From Scyliorhinus canicula (Eukaryota), in assembly GCF_902713615.1 (NCBI RefSeq), contig NC_052152.1, positions 28,557,810 through 28,621,809 on the forward strand: a stretch of DNA of 64,000 bases. The letters run 5' to 3'. The notes below the pieces were generated by a model. It was not told the origin of the DNA, did no database searches, and saw only the letters and a program-made list of their open reading frames with translations. Below, piece after piece: positions 47,892 through 61,879 of the stretch (positions are counted from its first letter, which is position 1; each line of letters opens with the position of its first letter). The translations under genes and the position numbers were made by a program.

Positions 47892-50800
47892 TGTAGTAAT
47901 CCACGGGAGGCAGGAGTTCCGTCACCACACCAATATTTATTTACAATAACGATATTACAGGAGCAGCTACAAACAGTGCTGCTGGCAGTCCAGTCAACTT
48001 AAGACTGCTCACAAAGCCTACACAGGTGATTATATGGGCCCTCTCAATGAGCTATCATTGAGGGAGCTCATACTCCAATTGGCCAACCAATAAAGCCAAT
48101 TGGAGGTCATTACACCCCTCCCCCCCAAGGTCCGAGGAATTCCTGTTAGCTGGCATTCCTCGGAGCTTCTTCCTGCTCCTCATGTCTGGGTGTGTCACCT
48201 CTGTGTCGTCCGCTGGGTCGTTCTCCGAAGTGGACGGGGTGTACCTTATAGGTGCCTGTCTTTTCCTTGACGACCTCCTTGGAAGTTGTTCTTCCTCCTC
48301 CTCGGGGAGAGGCGTCACGGCGGTCTCATCGAGTGTGTCCATCTCCGACTCTGATGACTGGATGACGGGGTCTGGAGAAATTGCTCGGGGCTGGGGTGTG
48401 GGTATCCTCTCTGTCTGGGCTATCCCAGCTTGAGGCGGTCCTGCTTCGCCTGCCTCCAGGTGTGATTCCGCTGCCCTTATTTGGTCTAGGTGTTTCTTCA
48501 GCACCTTACCTCCTATTGAAACCTCATAGGATATGGGCCCTGTTTGGGACTCTACCGTGCCTTTGACCCACGTTGGTCCATTCCCATAATTCTTGACCCA
48601 AACCGGTGCCCCCACCTGGAAATGTCTCTGCTGCCGACTATTATCATGCCCCCTGCATTGGGCCTCCTGTTGTTTCTCCACTTTCCCCGTTAAATTTGGG
48701 AAAAGGAGACTCAGCCTCGTTCGCAGCCGCCTTCCCATTAAGAGTTCAGCTGGCGGTATGCCCGTTGTGGAATGCGGTGTGGTCCTGTCAAAACAGCCAG
48801 CGGGAGAGCTTTGTGTCTATTGACGCTGCCGGCTGCTTCTTGAGTCCCGCTTTAAGTGTCTGGACCGCTCTCTCTGCCAGGCCGTTGGTCGCTGGATGGT
48901 AAGGGGCCGTTTTGATGTGACGGACTCCGTTTTCCTTCAGGAATTTTCCAAATTCCCCACTGGTGAATGCCGTTCCGTTGTCCGACACCAATACCTCCGG
49001 AAGTCAATGTGTTGCAAACGAGGCCCTGAGCTTTTCAATTGTCGATGCTGTGCTTGCCGTGTTTACCCGGTGGGCGTCCAACCATTTGGAGTGGGCATCC
49101 ACTATCACCAAAAACATTGAGCCCATGAAAGGGCCGGCGTGGTCAATATGCAGGCGGGTCCACGGTCTGCCTGGCCATTCCCACGGGTGCAATGGCGCCG
49201 CTGGTGGCACTCTTTGCCCCTGTTGGCACTCCTGGCACCGACGTACCAAGGCTGCTATGTCTGTGTCCAAACCTGGCCACCAAACGTAGCTTCGAGCTAG
49301 CATCTTCATTTTAGACACCCCTGAGTGTCCGTGATGTAACTCAGTTAAGATTGCCTGACGGCCCCGAGCTGGGACGATTACCCGGGCTCCCCATAATAGG
49401 ATACCATCTTCTACGGTTATTTGGTCCCTTCTGCTCAAGTATGGGTGCATCTGGGGCTCCACTGGTCTTTCCAGTTCCCCTGTTAGCAGTAAATGCTTCA
49501 TCTTGGCTAAAACTGGGTCTTTTTGCGTCCACAACCGAATATGTTGTGCGTCTACTGGTAGGGTGTCCACAAAATTGAGAGTCATCACTGTCTCCTCTAC
49601 TTTTAGTATTTGCGGCGGAGTGTCCGCGAGGGGAAGTCTGCTCAAAGCATCTGCATGTGCTACTCGCGTTCCCGGTCTGTGCTCCAGAACGTATCTATAT
49701 GCCGCCAGTAGCAACGCCCAGCGTTGGATTCTAGCTGATGCAATCGGGGGTATTGACTTGTCTTCTTTTAATAACCCTAATAACGGCTTATGGTCCGTCA
49801 CTATGGTGAATTTCCGCCCTTACAGATACTGGTGAAATTTTTTTACTGCGAATATCACCGCCAGTCCTTCCTTCTCGATTTGGGGGTACTTCCTCTCAGC
49901 CATCGCCAAGGGCCTCGAAGCATAGGCTATTGGCCGTTCTTCCCCATTCCTTCCTCTATAGGCTAAGACGGCTCCTACCCCATAGGGGGATGCATCACAA
50001 GTGACCACCAACTCCTTCCTTGGGTCATAATGCTCTAGGACATTTTCGGATGACAGCTGTTCCTTAATGTCCCTAAATGTTCGGTTTTGGCGGGTGGACC
50101 ATTTCCATTTTTGCCCCTTTTTTAGTAGCTGGTGGAGGGGTTCTAGGATGAATGCCCTATTTTCAATAAATTTTCCATAATAGGTTACCAACCCTAGAAA
50201 TGATCGTAACGGGGCAGCACGGTGGCCTAGTGGTTAGCACAACCGCCTCACGGCGCTGAGGTCCCAGGTTCGATCCTGGCTCTGGGTCACTGTCTGTGTG
50301 GAGTTTGTACATTCTCCCCGTGTCTGCGTGGGTTTCGCCCCCACAACCCAAAAATGTGCAGAGTAGGTGGATTGGCCACGCTAAATTGCCCCTTAATTGG
50401 AAAAAATAATTGGGTAATCTAAATTTTAAAAAAATTCAATGATCATAACTCCTGGACCGTGGTGGGAGCTGGGGCTTCTTTTATTGCCCTTACTCTGTCT
50501 TCTAATGGATGTAAGCCTGACTCGTCTACTTTATATCCCAGGTACGTCACTTGTGGGGCCAGAAAAACACATTTTTCCCTTTTTAACCGTACACCTGCCT
50601 TTGCGAAACGCCTGAGCACTTCCTCCAGGTTCCTTAAGTGTTCCCTGTTTGTCCTACCCGTGATTAAGACATCGTCCAAATAAATCGCCACCTGGGGTAG
50701 TCCCTGCAGAATATTTTCCATCGTACGCTGGAATATAGCGCAGGCTGATGACACTCCGAAAGGTAGCCTAGTATAATGAAAAAGGCCCTTCAGGGTGTTG

Positions 50801-52746
50801 ATCGTAGCGAACTTCTGGGAGCCCTTGTCCAGTTTTAACTGCAGGTAGGCGTGGCTCATGTCTAGTTTCGTGAACAAAAGCCCACCTGTCAATTTGGCAT
50901 ATAGGTCGTCTATTTTCGGGATTGGGTATTTGTCCAGCAGTGCGTATTTGTTTACTGTCTGTTTGAAATCTCCACAGAGACGTATCAAGCCGTCTGGCTT
51001 CAAAATTGGTACCACCGGCGCTGCCCATTCCGAAAACTGTACTGGTCTGATAATGCCGTCGCGCCGTAACCTTTCTATTTCATCATCTACTTTCTTCCTT
51101 AATGCAAAAGGTACAGGCCTGGCCTTACAAAATTTCGGAAGGGTTTCTGGGTCCACGTGCAAAGTTGCTTTGGCGCCTATGATTTCCCCCAAACCTTCCT
51201 GGAAGACCTCCGGGTATTTTTGGAGTACTCCACTCAACTGCCCGCTTCCACTCTGGAAAATTTTCATCCAATCTAATTTTAGGTCTTTCAGCCAGTTCTG
51301 TCCAATTAAGCTCGGTCCGAAGCCCTCTACTATCGTCAACGGTAATCTGAGCAATTGTTTCTCATATTCCACAGGTACATGAGTTGTGCCGAGAACTTCC
51401 AGGGGTTCCCCCGTGTAGGTTTTAAGTTTCGTCGATGTTTTTGTTAGGGTTAGTGGCTGGAGTCCATCTTTGATTTTTCTAAATGCTGCCACTCCCATTA
51501 CTGATACGGCCGCACCCGTGTCTATTTCCATTATTGTCGGCCGCCCGTTCACCCGTGAGGTAATCCTAATGGGTTCTGCTTTCTTCGTTGTAATATTATA
51601 TAATTGTTCCCCTTCAGAGGAGGATGGGGCGTCTAGGTTGTGTACTTCCCTGCGTCCCTACCTGCTATTCCTCTTTTGCCACCTCCTTCTAGGGTTTCTG
51701 TCGTTGTTACCCCACTCTGTCTGGTGCCAGAAACGGTCCTTCTCTGTTGGGGGAGCCTCAGCCGGTACTTCCCTCTGTCTCCAGTTAGTCCTGGCAGACT
51801 TGGGGGAAGTTCTGGGGTTATCCTTTTCCCCTCTATCCCTCAGGTTTTTCCTGAGAGCGGCTATCTGGTAGCAGGACCCATTGTGGTAATCCCTCCCACA
51901 GGTATCTACCTCCATTGGCGTGCCCTGTAGTTCCTGCGCCCCACTTTTGCTGCCTTTTCTAGGGACAGTGTGAGCTGTAACGCCTGCCTGCAGTCTAGCT
52001 CCGTTTTCGCCAACAGACATTTCTGTATTGTGAGGTCGTTTATACCACACACTAACTGGTCCCGAAGCATTTCATTTAGCGTCGGGCCGAACTCACATTT
52101 TTCCGCCAGCCTTCTCAGGCGGGTCAAGAAATTCGTGACTGACTCCCTGTCTTCCCGCTTCGCTGTGTAGAATCTGTACCTATGCAAAATGAGGGGTGGT
52201 TTTGGGTCGTAGTGCTCTTTCACCAATTCCGTTACTTCTTGGAAAGTTTTCATATCCGGCGCATCGGGATAAATCAGACTACGTATAATGGCGAAAGCGG
52301 AGGGCCCGCACGCCGACAGCAGGATAAGCCGTCTCCTTTCGTCCGTCAGTATATCATTTGCCCAGAAGAAGTAACACATTCTCTCCACATACTGGGACCA
52401 GTCCTCAATAGCCGGGTCGAATGCCTCTAACCTCCCAAAAAACGGCACTTTTAAAATGGCAAGGCTTACCCTCCGAGTGCGGCAGCTGGTCTCCGCAAAA
52501 TTCGTAGTTTACCTCGTCGCTACTGTAGTAATCCACGGGAGGCAGGAGTTCCATCACCACACCAATATTTATTTACAATAACGATATTACAGGAGCAGCT
52601 ACAAACAGTGCTGCTGGCAGTCCAGTCAACTTAAGACTGCTCACAAAGCCTACACAGGTGATTATATGGGCCCCCTCAATGAGCTATCATTGACGGAGCT
52701 CATACTCCAATTGGCCAACCAATAAAGCCAATTGGAGTTCATTACA
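47892..52746 (-). mobile_element. Young full-length Gypsy (Mag/K02A2.6-like) provirus, frameshifted and SINE-interrupted
   Basis: 223-bp LTRs 47892-48114 and 52524-52746 with 4 mismatches; 5-bp TSD CACGT; PBS-like TAGCGACGAG; PPT next to 48115. gag 51906-52448, protease EIDTGA and RT YLDD in 50443-51552, RNase H 49820-50191, integrase 48055-49801. Confidence 0.96.
50211..50437 (+). mobile_element. V-SINE with A-rich tail inserted in Gypsy pol; similar copies at ~28587, 35972, 42434, 54603, 54893, 55357, 60093
   Basis: TSD AATGATC(G/A)TAAC; HE1-like head and core. Confidence 0.9.
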
Positions 52747-53309
52747 CACGTCCTAGTTTAAAAACCATATTTTGGTAATGCAGCAAGAGTACAGAAATAA
52801 AGCCAGGAACACCCAGTGCATCTCAAAAAATGATATGAAACATCACAGACGGGCTCCCATTTAAAAAAACTGCATTGTGGCAGTTTATTGAAAATAGGTC
52901 ATTTCCCTCGAAATAAAAACACCTCAATGTCCTTCAGAAACTGACAGCATTTGAACATGTTCTACTGCCAGTTTGTGAATAGCCAAGAATGGGAGAAAGT
53001 GATATCTAATTGGTTCTGACAGTCTCCAATTGAGAGGAAGGAGGAGGAAAATAGTTTATTTTTATTCTTGCCGCAAGCTGATAGAGACACGGGTTAAAAT
53101 GCTGATAGATGTTTGCAAAACACACAGGACAACCAACTTGCTATTTCGTATTCAATCCAACGGATTTGCCAGTCTGTCGCCCTCTTTTGCCTCCTGTATC
53201 TGTCCTCGTAGTGTTAAAAAAAATTGGCAGTGAGCTATCTATAAGTTGCAGACAATTGTGCGAAAGGGAAAATAAAACTCAGCCTGGTCCTGCTCAATGC
53301 CTTCTTAAT

Positions 53310-53600
53310 AACTTGACCCGGGGAGGGCTTGGCGGGTGGCAGCCAATGGCAGCTCTCGTCTCATTCGGCTCTGCTTGCTTAAAGTGGGCGGGACCCTGGC
53401 GACTGTGACGGGCGATGGGATTGGCGGGCTGAGGGCTGACATCGCTCTTTCCATTAGGCGAGCGAGGTGTCAATCAGCGCTGGGAGGGGCGGGGTCGCTA
53501 GGCGAAGGCTGGGACGGTGGCGGTCGATCGGGCAGACGGGTCAAGGCTGGGCTGGACGGGGAGGAGGTGAATTGAAGAAGACGAACCCAGGTTGGAACAC
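53310..53600 (+). promoter_or_regulatory. CpG-rich promoter and probable non-coding first exon of the next gene (TMEM50B suspected from synteny only)
   Basis: CCAAT (53343), ATTGG (53420), GC box GGGGCGGGG (~53486), CpG-dense leader and donor-like GAG|GTGAAT (~53567). No coding exon recognised downstream in the window. Confidence 0.55.
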
Positions 53601-56600
53601 TTTAGATTATTTTTATTTTAAAGAGACGGGGATCAAATAACAGTGGCGCGTTTCTCATTTGAGTGGGGCCCTCCCTGCTGTGGCCGGCAGTTTGTCCTCC
53701 CTCCTGTGACTGGGGAGATGGGCGGCGAGGGAAGCTGCAGCGACGCCTGAAATAACCTTGTACCTGCATCTGGATCCAGCCCATTCCTTCAGTGCGAGAT
53801 CACTGGTTGCAAACGTGCCTTTACTCAGTGTCTATAAAGTCTGAGCATGTCCCATACCTGTCACCCTTAACCAAACTGAAAATGCTGACTGCTTTGGGCA
53901 GCACTTTTTTTTTTAACCATTCCTAATCCTTATCTGCTGGCAATACATGTCTCGTTACACACTAGTGTTCGAAAAGGTAGTTAGTGGTGGGGGTGTGCCA
54001 GTCGACAAGCTTTACTTGCCTGGTAGTAGATAACTTGCCCAAATTTGTATAAGGAAATTAAAACAGAAAGCAGGAAGTGTCTTTTTGTTCTTTTTTTAAA
54101 AACTCTGGTGCTAGATGTAGACAAAAGAGCTGAATTCCACCAGTGAAGTGAGATTGATGTCGGGGCAACATTTGACGATGGCATCGAAGAACCCTGGCAA
54201 AAGTGGGAGTCGGGGGAAACTCTCCCCGCTGGTTGTGGTGGCTCCTCGCACAAAGGAAGGTGAGAGGTTGTTGGAGGCCCAGTCATTTCAGCCCCAGGAT
54301 GTTGCTGCTTCATTGCCTTGGGGGTAGCGTCCTAGGCCCAACCATCTTCAACTGCTTCATCAATGATCTTCCCTCCGTTGAAGTATTCTGAGCTTCCATG
54401 CTGCAAGACCGCGCAACATTCCAACTTGGACAAAAACGTGGCAGGTGACAGTTGTGTGACACAACTGCCAGACAGTGACCATCTCCAACAAGAGAGAATC
54501 TAGCTATGCCCACTTGATATTCAAAAGAATAAAACTCTTACATTTATATCGTGTTTTTCACAACCTTGGATGTCACAAAGCACTTTGCAGGCAATTAAAT
54601 ACTTAAAAAAAATTTAGAGTACCCAATTAATTTTTTCCAATTAAGGGCAATTTAGCGTGGCCAATCCACCTAGCTTGCACATTTTTGGGTTGTGGAGGTG
54701 AAACACGGGGAGGATGTGCAAATTCCACACGGACAGTGACCCAGAGCAGGGATCGAACCTGGGACCATGGCGCTGTGAGGCCACAGCGCTAACCCACTGC
54801 GCCACCGTGCTGCCCCAATTAAATACTTTTTGAAGTGCAGTCCCTGTTGTAATGAAAAAGTGGCAGCTAAATTGTGCATTCAAACACATTCCTTTTTTTT
54901 TCTTTATTAATTTAGATTACCCAATTATTTTTCTATTAAGGGGCAATTTAGCGTGGCCAATCCACCTACTCTGCACATTTTTGGGTTGTGGGGGCGAAAC
55001 CCACGCAGACAGGGGGAGAATGTGCAAACTCCACACGGACAGTGACCCAGAGCCGGGATCGAACCTGGGACCTCAGCACCGTGAGGCGGTTGTGCTAACC
55101 ACTAGGCCACCGTGCTGCCCTCAAACACATTCCTGACTTCTACATCAATGATGAACAAGCTCTCAAAACAGAAATATGATGATGACCAGATGAATATTTT
55201 TTTTTTCTGGGGCCATGTTGATTGAGGATTATATATTGTCCAGGACATCGGGGATAACTACCCTGCTCTTCAAAATATTATATGGGTCTTTTGCATCCAC
55301 CTGAACAAGCAGGTGAGGCCTAGATTTAATGTTGCATCCTAAAGATTGCACTTTTAGGGCAGCACGGTGGCGCAGTGGTTAGCACTCCTGCCTCACGGTG
55401 CCAAGGTCCCAGGTTCGATCCCGGCTCTAGGTCAGTCTGTGTGGAGTTTGCAAATTCTCCCAGTGTTTGTGTGGATTTCGCCCCCACAACCCAAAAACGA
55501 TATGCAGGGTAGGTGGATTGGCCATGCTAAAATTGCCCCTTAATTGGAAAAAATGAATTGGGTACTCTAAATTTCTTTTTTTTAAAAAGACTGCACATCT
55601 GACAGTACTGCCTCAGCATCAGTCTTGATTTATGTGCTCAAGCACTAGAATGTGACTTGAATCTGAAATCTGGTGACTTGGGGGTGAGGACTGCAAGAAC
55701 CATCGACATCCTGGGGGTTACCATTGACCAGAAACGTAACTGAACCAGCCATATAAGTACTGCAGTTACAAGAGCAAGTCTGAGGCTGGGAATTTTGCGA
55801 TATGAAATTCACCTCCTGATTCTGAAAAGCTTGTTCATCATTGATGTACAAGTCAGGAATGTGTTTGAATGCACTCCATTTGCCTGGATAACTGCATCTC
55901 AAACAACACTCAGTGAACTTTACACCATCCAGGGCAAAATACCCTGCTTGATCAGTACCTCGTACACCAATGTAGACATTAATTTTCTCTAATCACTGGC
56001 ACAGCACAATGTGACTGTAGTGTATACAATCTACAAATGGAGAAAAGCTGCAGCACAGATGGATTTGGGTGTCCTCATGCATAAATCACAAAAAGCTAGC
56101 ATGCAAGTTCAGCAGGTAATAGGGAAGGTAAATGGAATGTTGGCTTTCATTTCAAAGAGAATGGTGTGTATAAATGGGGACGTTTTGCTAAAACCATAAC
56201 AAGGAACTAGTTGGACCTGTGGAAGGTTTTGCTCTCCTTGTGTAAGGAATGATATACTGGTATTGGTGGCAGTCCAGAGAAAGTTCATCCCTGGTATGGA
56301 GGGATTTTCTTATGAAGTGAGGTTAAGTAGATAGATTGGGCCTGGACTCATTGGAGTTTAGAAAAATGAGACGTGACCCTATTGAGGCACATAGGATTCT
56401 CAGGGGTCTGACAGGGTGGATTCTGAAAGGTTGTTTCCCCTTGTGGGAGAGTCTGGTTCTAGAGGGCATAATCTCAGAATAAATCTCATTCAAGACAGAG
56501 ATGAGGAGGAATTTCTTCTCTGAGGGTAGTGAATCTGTGGAATTCTTTACCACAGAGAACCACAGAGGCTGGGTTGGTTGTTCAGAGTTTAGATAGTCAG

Positions 56601-57600
56601 ATTTTTAATCAGGAAGGGAATTGAAGGTTATGGGCGTAAGGTAAGAAAGTGGAGTTGAGGATTATCATATCGGATCAGTCATGATCTCGTTGAATGGTGT
56701 AGCAGACCTGATGGGCTGAATGGTCTACTGCTCCTACGTCTTCTGATCTAACTCACCAAGATCTCTCAACGTACTTTCCAAACTTGCAACCTGCACCACC
56801 TAGAAGAAGGGCAGCGTGGGGATGCCACCACCTGTAACTTCTTCCCCCAAGTCATAAGCCATCCTTAATGGATCTATATCGTTGCTTCTTCACTGTCGCT
56901 GAATCAAGTTCTTAGAACCCAGTCCCTAACTTCACTATGGAAGTATACTACTGTAATTGCAGTGGTTTAAGAAGGTGGTTCATCACCAACTTCTTGAGGA
57001 CAATTTGGATGGACAAGAAGTGGTGACCTTGCCAGCAATGCTTAGATCCAGTGGACAAATTTGAAAAGAAAATTGACTTAAGTGCTTTTTTGATGGAGGT
57101 TTTTTAATCTCCCAGTTTTGGTTTGAAATGAAGACCTTGTGGTGGGGTGGTGTTGTATAGGTACCTTCAACTTCTCCATCAATAAGGATGACCCTTGTAA
57201 AACGTTTGGAAATGTAAGAATCAAAGAGGAGCTGATTTGTCAGAACTAACATACCAATACCTTATTTGCTACATAAAAGATCCCATTACATTATTTAAAG
57301 AAAACTGGGGCATTCCGTCAGGGTTTTGTCCTCTTAACACCACCAAAACATAGAAAATATAGAAGCAGGATTAGGCCCCTCAAAAAAAAAAGTTAAAAAT
57401 CTTGTTAATTTGTGAGACTTTCCTGTTTGCAAATTGATTTCTTCATTTACAGCCATTGTCGCAGTATCTGCACTTCCAACAAATTAATGTGAAATGCTTT
57501 GGATTTGGAAAACTGCAAAGAAAATGTTACTTTGTTCTTTCATAAAGCGTCCAGCTCTACCTTTTTCTTCCCCACCCATAGTTCTGATTCTATGATCCAT

Positions 57601-58267
57601 GGGCGGGATTCTGTGATCCTGAGGCTAAGAGTTGACGCCGTCGGAAACGCCATCGCATTTCTCGATGGTGTCAACATGGCTTCAGGATCAGCAATTCTGG
57701 CCCCTACAGGGGGCCAGCACGGCACTGGAGCGGTTCACGCCGCCCCAGTTGCTGATCCCGGCGTCAACTGGGCGGCGCGGGATCCGTGCATGTGCAGTGG
57801 CACCGGCGCCAATGCGCACACGCGCAGTGGTTTCCTTCAACACGCCGGCCCCAACGCAACATGGCGCAGGATTAGAGTGGCCGGCATGGAAGGAAGGAGG
57901 CCCCCAGCCAGAGAGGCCGGCCTGCCGATTGGTGGGCCCCGATCACGGGCCAGACCACATCGGAGGCCCCCTCCCCGGGGTTGGACCCCCCCCTACCACC
58001 CCACAGGCCGCCCCCCTGACTCTTCCAAGGCGAGTTCCGCCGGCCGGGAACAGGTGTGGACAGCGCTGGTGGGACTCAGCTTTTTTATGACGGCCACTCG
58101 GCCCATCCCAGGCCGAGAATCGGCGGGCCGGCTGCATCAAGCGGCTCCTGACCGGCGCTGCGCCAACCACGCTGGCGCCAATTCTCCACTCTGCGGGGAG
58201 GCATAGCGTGATTCGTGCCGGTCGCGGGGATTCTCCGGCCCGGCCCCGGGCTGAGAGAATCCCACCC
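57601..58267. mobile_element. PIF/Harbinger-like MITE
   Basis: TIR GGGCGGGATTCT / AGAATCCCACCC; 3-bp TSD CAT; homologous to 46927-47506. Confidence 0.8.
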
Positions 58268-58979
58268 CATAGCTTTCCCAGTGGGCACATAAACTTCTGT
58301 GAAGGCATAACTGAAAACGGGAAGTTCGCGATATAGTAGATTCTGCATGCTTTGTGGAAGGGCCAGGCTTAATGATTTGGTGATCTTTCTTCATAATGTG
58401 CATTATTTTCTTGCATCATCGTCTTATCCTAATCAGTGTTCTTATTGGCAATAACCCTGCTCCTGAGTCATGACGCACATCGCATGTGTCTGTCCATTGT
58501 TGTTACTGTCAATATCTGTCTTCAAATCTGCACCACTGCAACTGCTTGTGAGAGGAGCAGAGGGAATGCAGGTCTGTTTAGCAATGATTTCAGCAAACAA
58601 AGTGGTTTTTCATCATTAAATGAAGTTTGGTTGTTAACATTTTCCACCATGCTGTCCAGACAAACTGTGAAGCTTTGCATGTACAGTAAACATTTAGGAG
58701 GGAGGAGATAGAAGCAAATAAATATAATTAAATAGATGGATATGTACATGTGTCCAAGCCAGGGATAAAGTGTGAACTATGTAACCTCATTCCATCATTA
58801 AAACCCCCATTTACATGCATTCTGAGATGAAGTAAATACTTGCATTGATATTAACTTATTGAAATTTTTCGATACAATTTTCATTTTTTTAAAATTATGT
58901 TCACATATAGATCTAACATAGCAAATTAACTAACCAAGTGGATGTTTCTTTTTGTGTTTTAAATGGAGAATGTGTTCAG

Positions 58980-59335
58980 GGGAGGTGGTGGTGTCGTAGT
59001 ATTGTCACTGGACCAGTAATCCAGAGACCCTGGGTAATGCTTTGGGTATCTCAGTTCAAATCCCACCACAGCAAATGGCGAAGTTTGAATTCAGTAAAAA
59101 TCTGGAGTTAATGATGACCATGAAACCATTGTCGGTAAAAACCCATCTGGTTCCTTGAGAGATGGAAATCTGCTGTCCTTGCCCGTTCTGACCTACATGT
59201 GACTCCAGACCCACAGCAATGTGGTTGACTCTCAACTGCCCTCTGAAATGGCCTAGCAAGCCATTCAGTTCAAGGGCAGTTAGGGATGGGCACTAAATGC
59301 TGGTCCAGCCAGTGACGCCTTTGAATTAATAAAAA
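58980..59335 (+). mobile_element. tRNA-derived SINE with CR1-like tail
   Basis: A/B-box-like head (GGTGGTGTCGTAG..GTTCAAATCCC); tail taaatgctggtccagccagtgacgcc. Confidence 0.65.
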
Positions 59336-59589
59336 AAGTATATTTCATAGAATGGTAGAATAGCACTGAAGGAGAGTATTTGACTTATTGAGCACTTCTC
59401 GCATAGCAAACCCTGCATTCCCATCATGTTTGTTCTTCTTCAAATATTTAACCAATTTCCTTTTTGTGCAGGTAGTGCATTCTAAATTCTAATCACTCAT
59501 TGTTTTTAAGAAAAGGTTTCTCTCTGGTTCTTTTGCCAATCACCTTCAATCTGTACTCCCCTTCAATCTAGTTACCAACACTCCATCCA

Positions 59590-59940
59590 CTCCAAGTCCT
59601 GTCATTCACGGGGGCTACATTCCCACGAAATCTCACGAATGGCGAAATCGCAAACGACAAACATACTTTTCAGTGGGAGTTAGTCAGGTAGGTTCCAGCA
59701 ATGCAAGGGCAGCATTGTTTTGTGCAGTTACTCTACAGTAAATTGTGGTACCTGTATAGAACAGGCAGGGAGCTACTGAGCAATGCAAGACATGTACTAA
59801 AAATTTTCAAAAGGGACAATCATTTAAGAAAAAATGAAACACCTCAAAACTGCACGACAAAATCAGTCCTCTCTTCAAGATTGAATAGAGCCATTATTGC
59901 AGCTTTGGACCGAGTGATTCGGACATTTCCATGTTAATTT
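59590..59940 (+). mobile_element. Possible pogo/Tigger transposase relic
   Basis: LLSNARH and PQNCTT..ALDRVIRTF weakly resemble pogo DDE motifs LLLDN..H and PPNTTS..QPLDQG.I..FK. Confidence 0.35.
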
Positions 59941-61879
59941 CTCCATTCCGGCTGCACTTCAGCGGCAACCATTCCAGACAGAAAGTGCTTAGCAAAAGAC
60001 AATTAAATGTGCTCGGCCAAGACTAATGCAAGGATTCTGCCTCCAGAGACCTCAACATCATCTCCCCATTAAATGCGTCAAGATCTCTGTTCCGGGCAGC
60101 ATGGTGGCGCAGTGGTAGCACTGCAGTCTCACGGCACCGAGGTCCCAGGTTCGATCCCGCCTCTGGGTCACTGTCCGTGTGGAGTTTGCACATTCACCCC
60201 GTGTTTGCGTGGGTCTCACCCCATTGGGTACTCTAAATTTAAAAAAAATAAATCTCTGTTCCATCATGGTTTCCGTCTCCTCGGAAAAAGAGGAGAGGAG
60301 GAAGAAAATGCAGATAAGCAGACTTTGCTGACGGAGTGGATGATTGAGGTATACAAAGCGTGGGTAAGCAAATACATGAACAAGGAAGTCACAAAAGATG
60401 GAACTTCACCACTATATTCTAAACCCGTGGTAATTTTTAACTTATTTAACCTCCTCTGCACTATGGTGAACAACACCAGCTTCCGTTGTTTATCCACATA
60501 ACTGTAAATCCCTCATCTCGGAAACCATTCAGCAAATCTCCCCAAAGCATGCACATCCTTTTCTTCCTATGTCTCTTTACAAGTTCATCAATGCCATGTG
60601 ATTTTTAAGAGCTCAGTTTTCTAATTACAGAGTACGTAGTGAAGGTATTTGCTAATGTATGTTATTTGTAAGGATTTCATGCAGAGGTCTGAGAGGAAAT
60701 GTTTTCATTTGTGTCTCTTTTGTACCTGAAAAGAGTTTCACCAATTGCTTTCTGGTAAGATCAACTGGACTTCAGCAGGCTAAGGATTAAACCTGGATCT
60801 TCTCTGTGGGAACTCCCTTGTAGCTCATTGTAGAGCAGCTTTGCTAGATATGTAGGGAATAGATAGTATATCCATCTTCAGTTGTGAGTAGGGAGAAATG
60901 GGAAGCAGGAATTTTGAAAATTACATTCTTGCTTTGTTAAAATGTAATGTTTTATCTTCCTCAAATTTTTAAGATAAAAATAGAAAGACTTTTTAAGAGG
61001 GCAATTGATCCCATTTCATTTGACAGAACAACTTCACCACCTTCTTTCTCTCTCAGCATGGCATCTTAGAATAGTTCAGCACTGGAGGAGGAGATTTGGA
61101 ACATGGAGTCTACACTGGCTCTTTCAAAGGGCAATCCAACTAGTCCCACTTTGCTGTTCTTTGCTAATATCCCTGCCTTTTCTTTTTGCTCCTTTATGGA
61201 ATTATTCCATTCTATTTTGAAGGCTACTATTGAATCTGTATTCACCGCCCTATCAGTGCATTCCAAATCCTAACCACTTGTCATTTTCTCTTGCAAGCTC
61301 TGGTTCTTTTTAAAAATTCATTCATGGGATGTGGGCATCGCTTGCTTAGCCAGCATTTATTACCCACTTCTGATTGTCCTTTTGCAATCACCATGAAGCT
61401 GTGCCCTCTGGTTACCGCCCCTTCAGTCAATGAAAACTCTTTCTCTATTGACTCTATATAAACCCTTAATTTTTGAACACACCCTATCAATTCTCATCTA
61501 AATATTTTCTGCTCTTTCTGGAGGACAACTCTAGCTTCTCTGGTCTATCCAGTAACTTTAATCCCATATCCCTGGAACCATTCTAATAAATCTCTTCTGT
61601 ACCATCTCTCTGATACATTAAACTGTGGTGTGCAGAATTGGACACCATTCTCTAGCTGGGACTGAACTAGTGTTTAGTTCAGGTCACTCAATCGCTTCTC
61701 TTTGGGAACACATTCAATTATTTCTTAACTTCAGAAATGTTATTTACTAGCATGGCCTTCCCAGTAACTTATTTCATGACTTTGGTATCCTGTGGTTAAA
61801 ATATTTCACCTGACTCCATTTCTCACCCCTAACCTAATGTCCTGACACCAGTGCCCACTGATATTTGATCCATGAAGAA

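Noticed and set aside
57499-58403. Overlapping GC-rich ORFs (also at 39625-40522 and 46735-47522)
   Set aside because: They coincide with copies of one Harbinger-like MITE family; no conserved protein motif.
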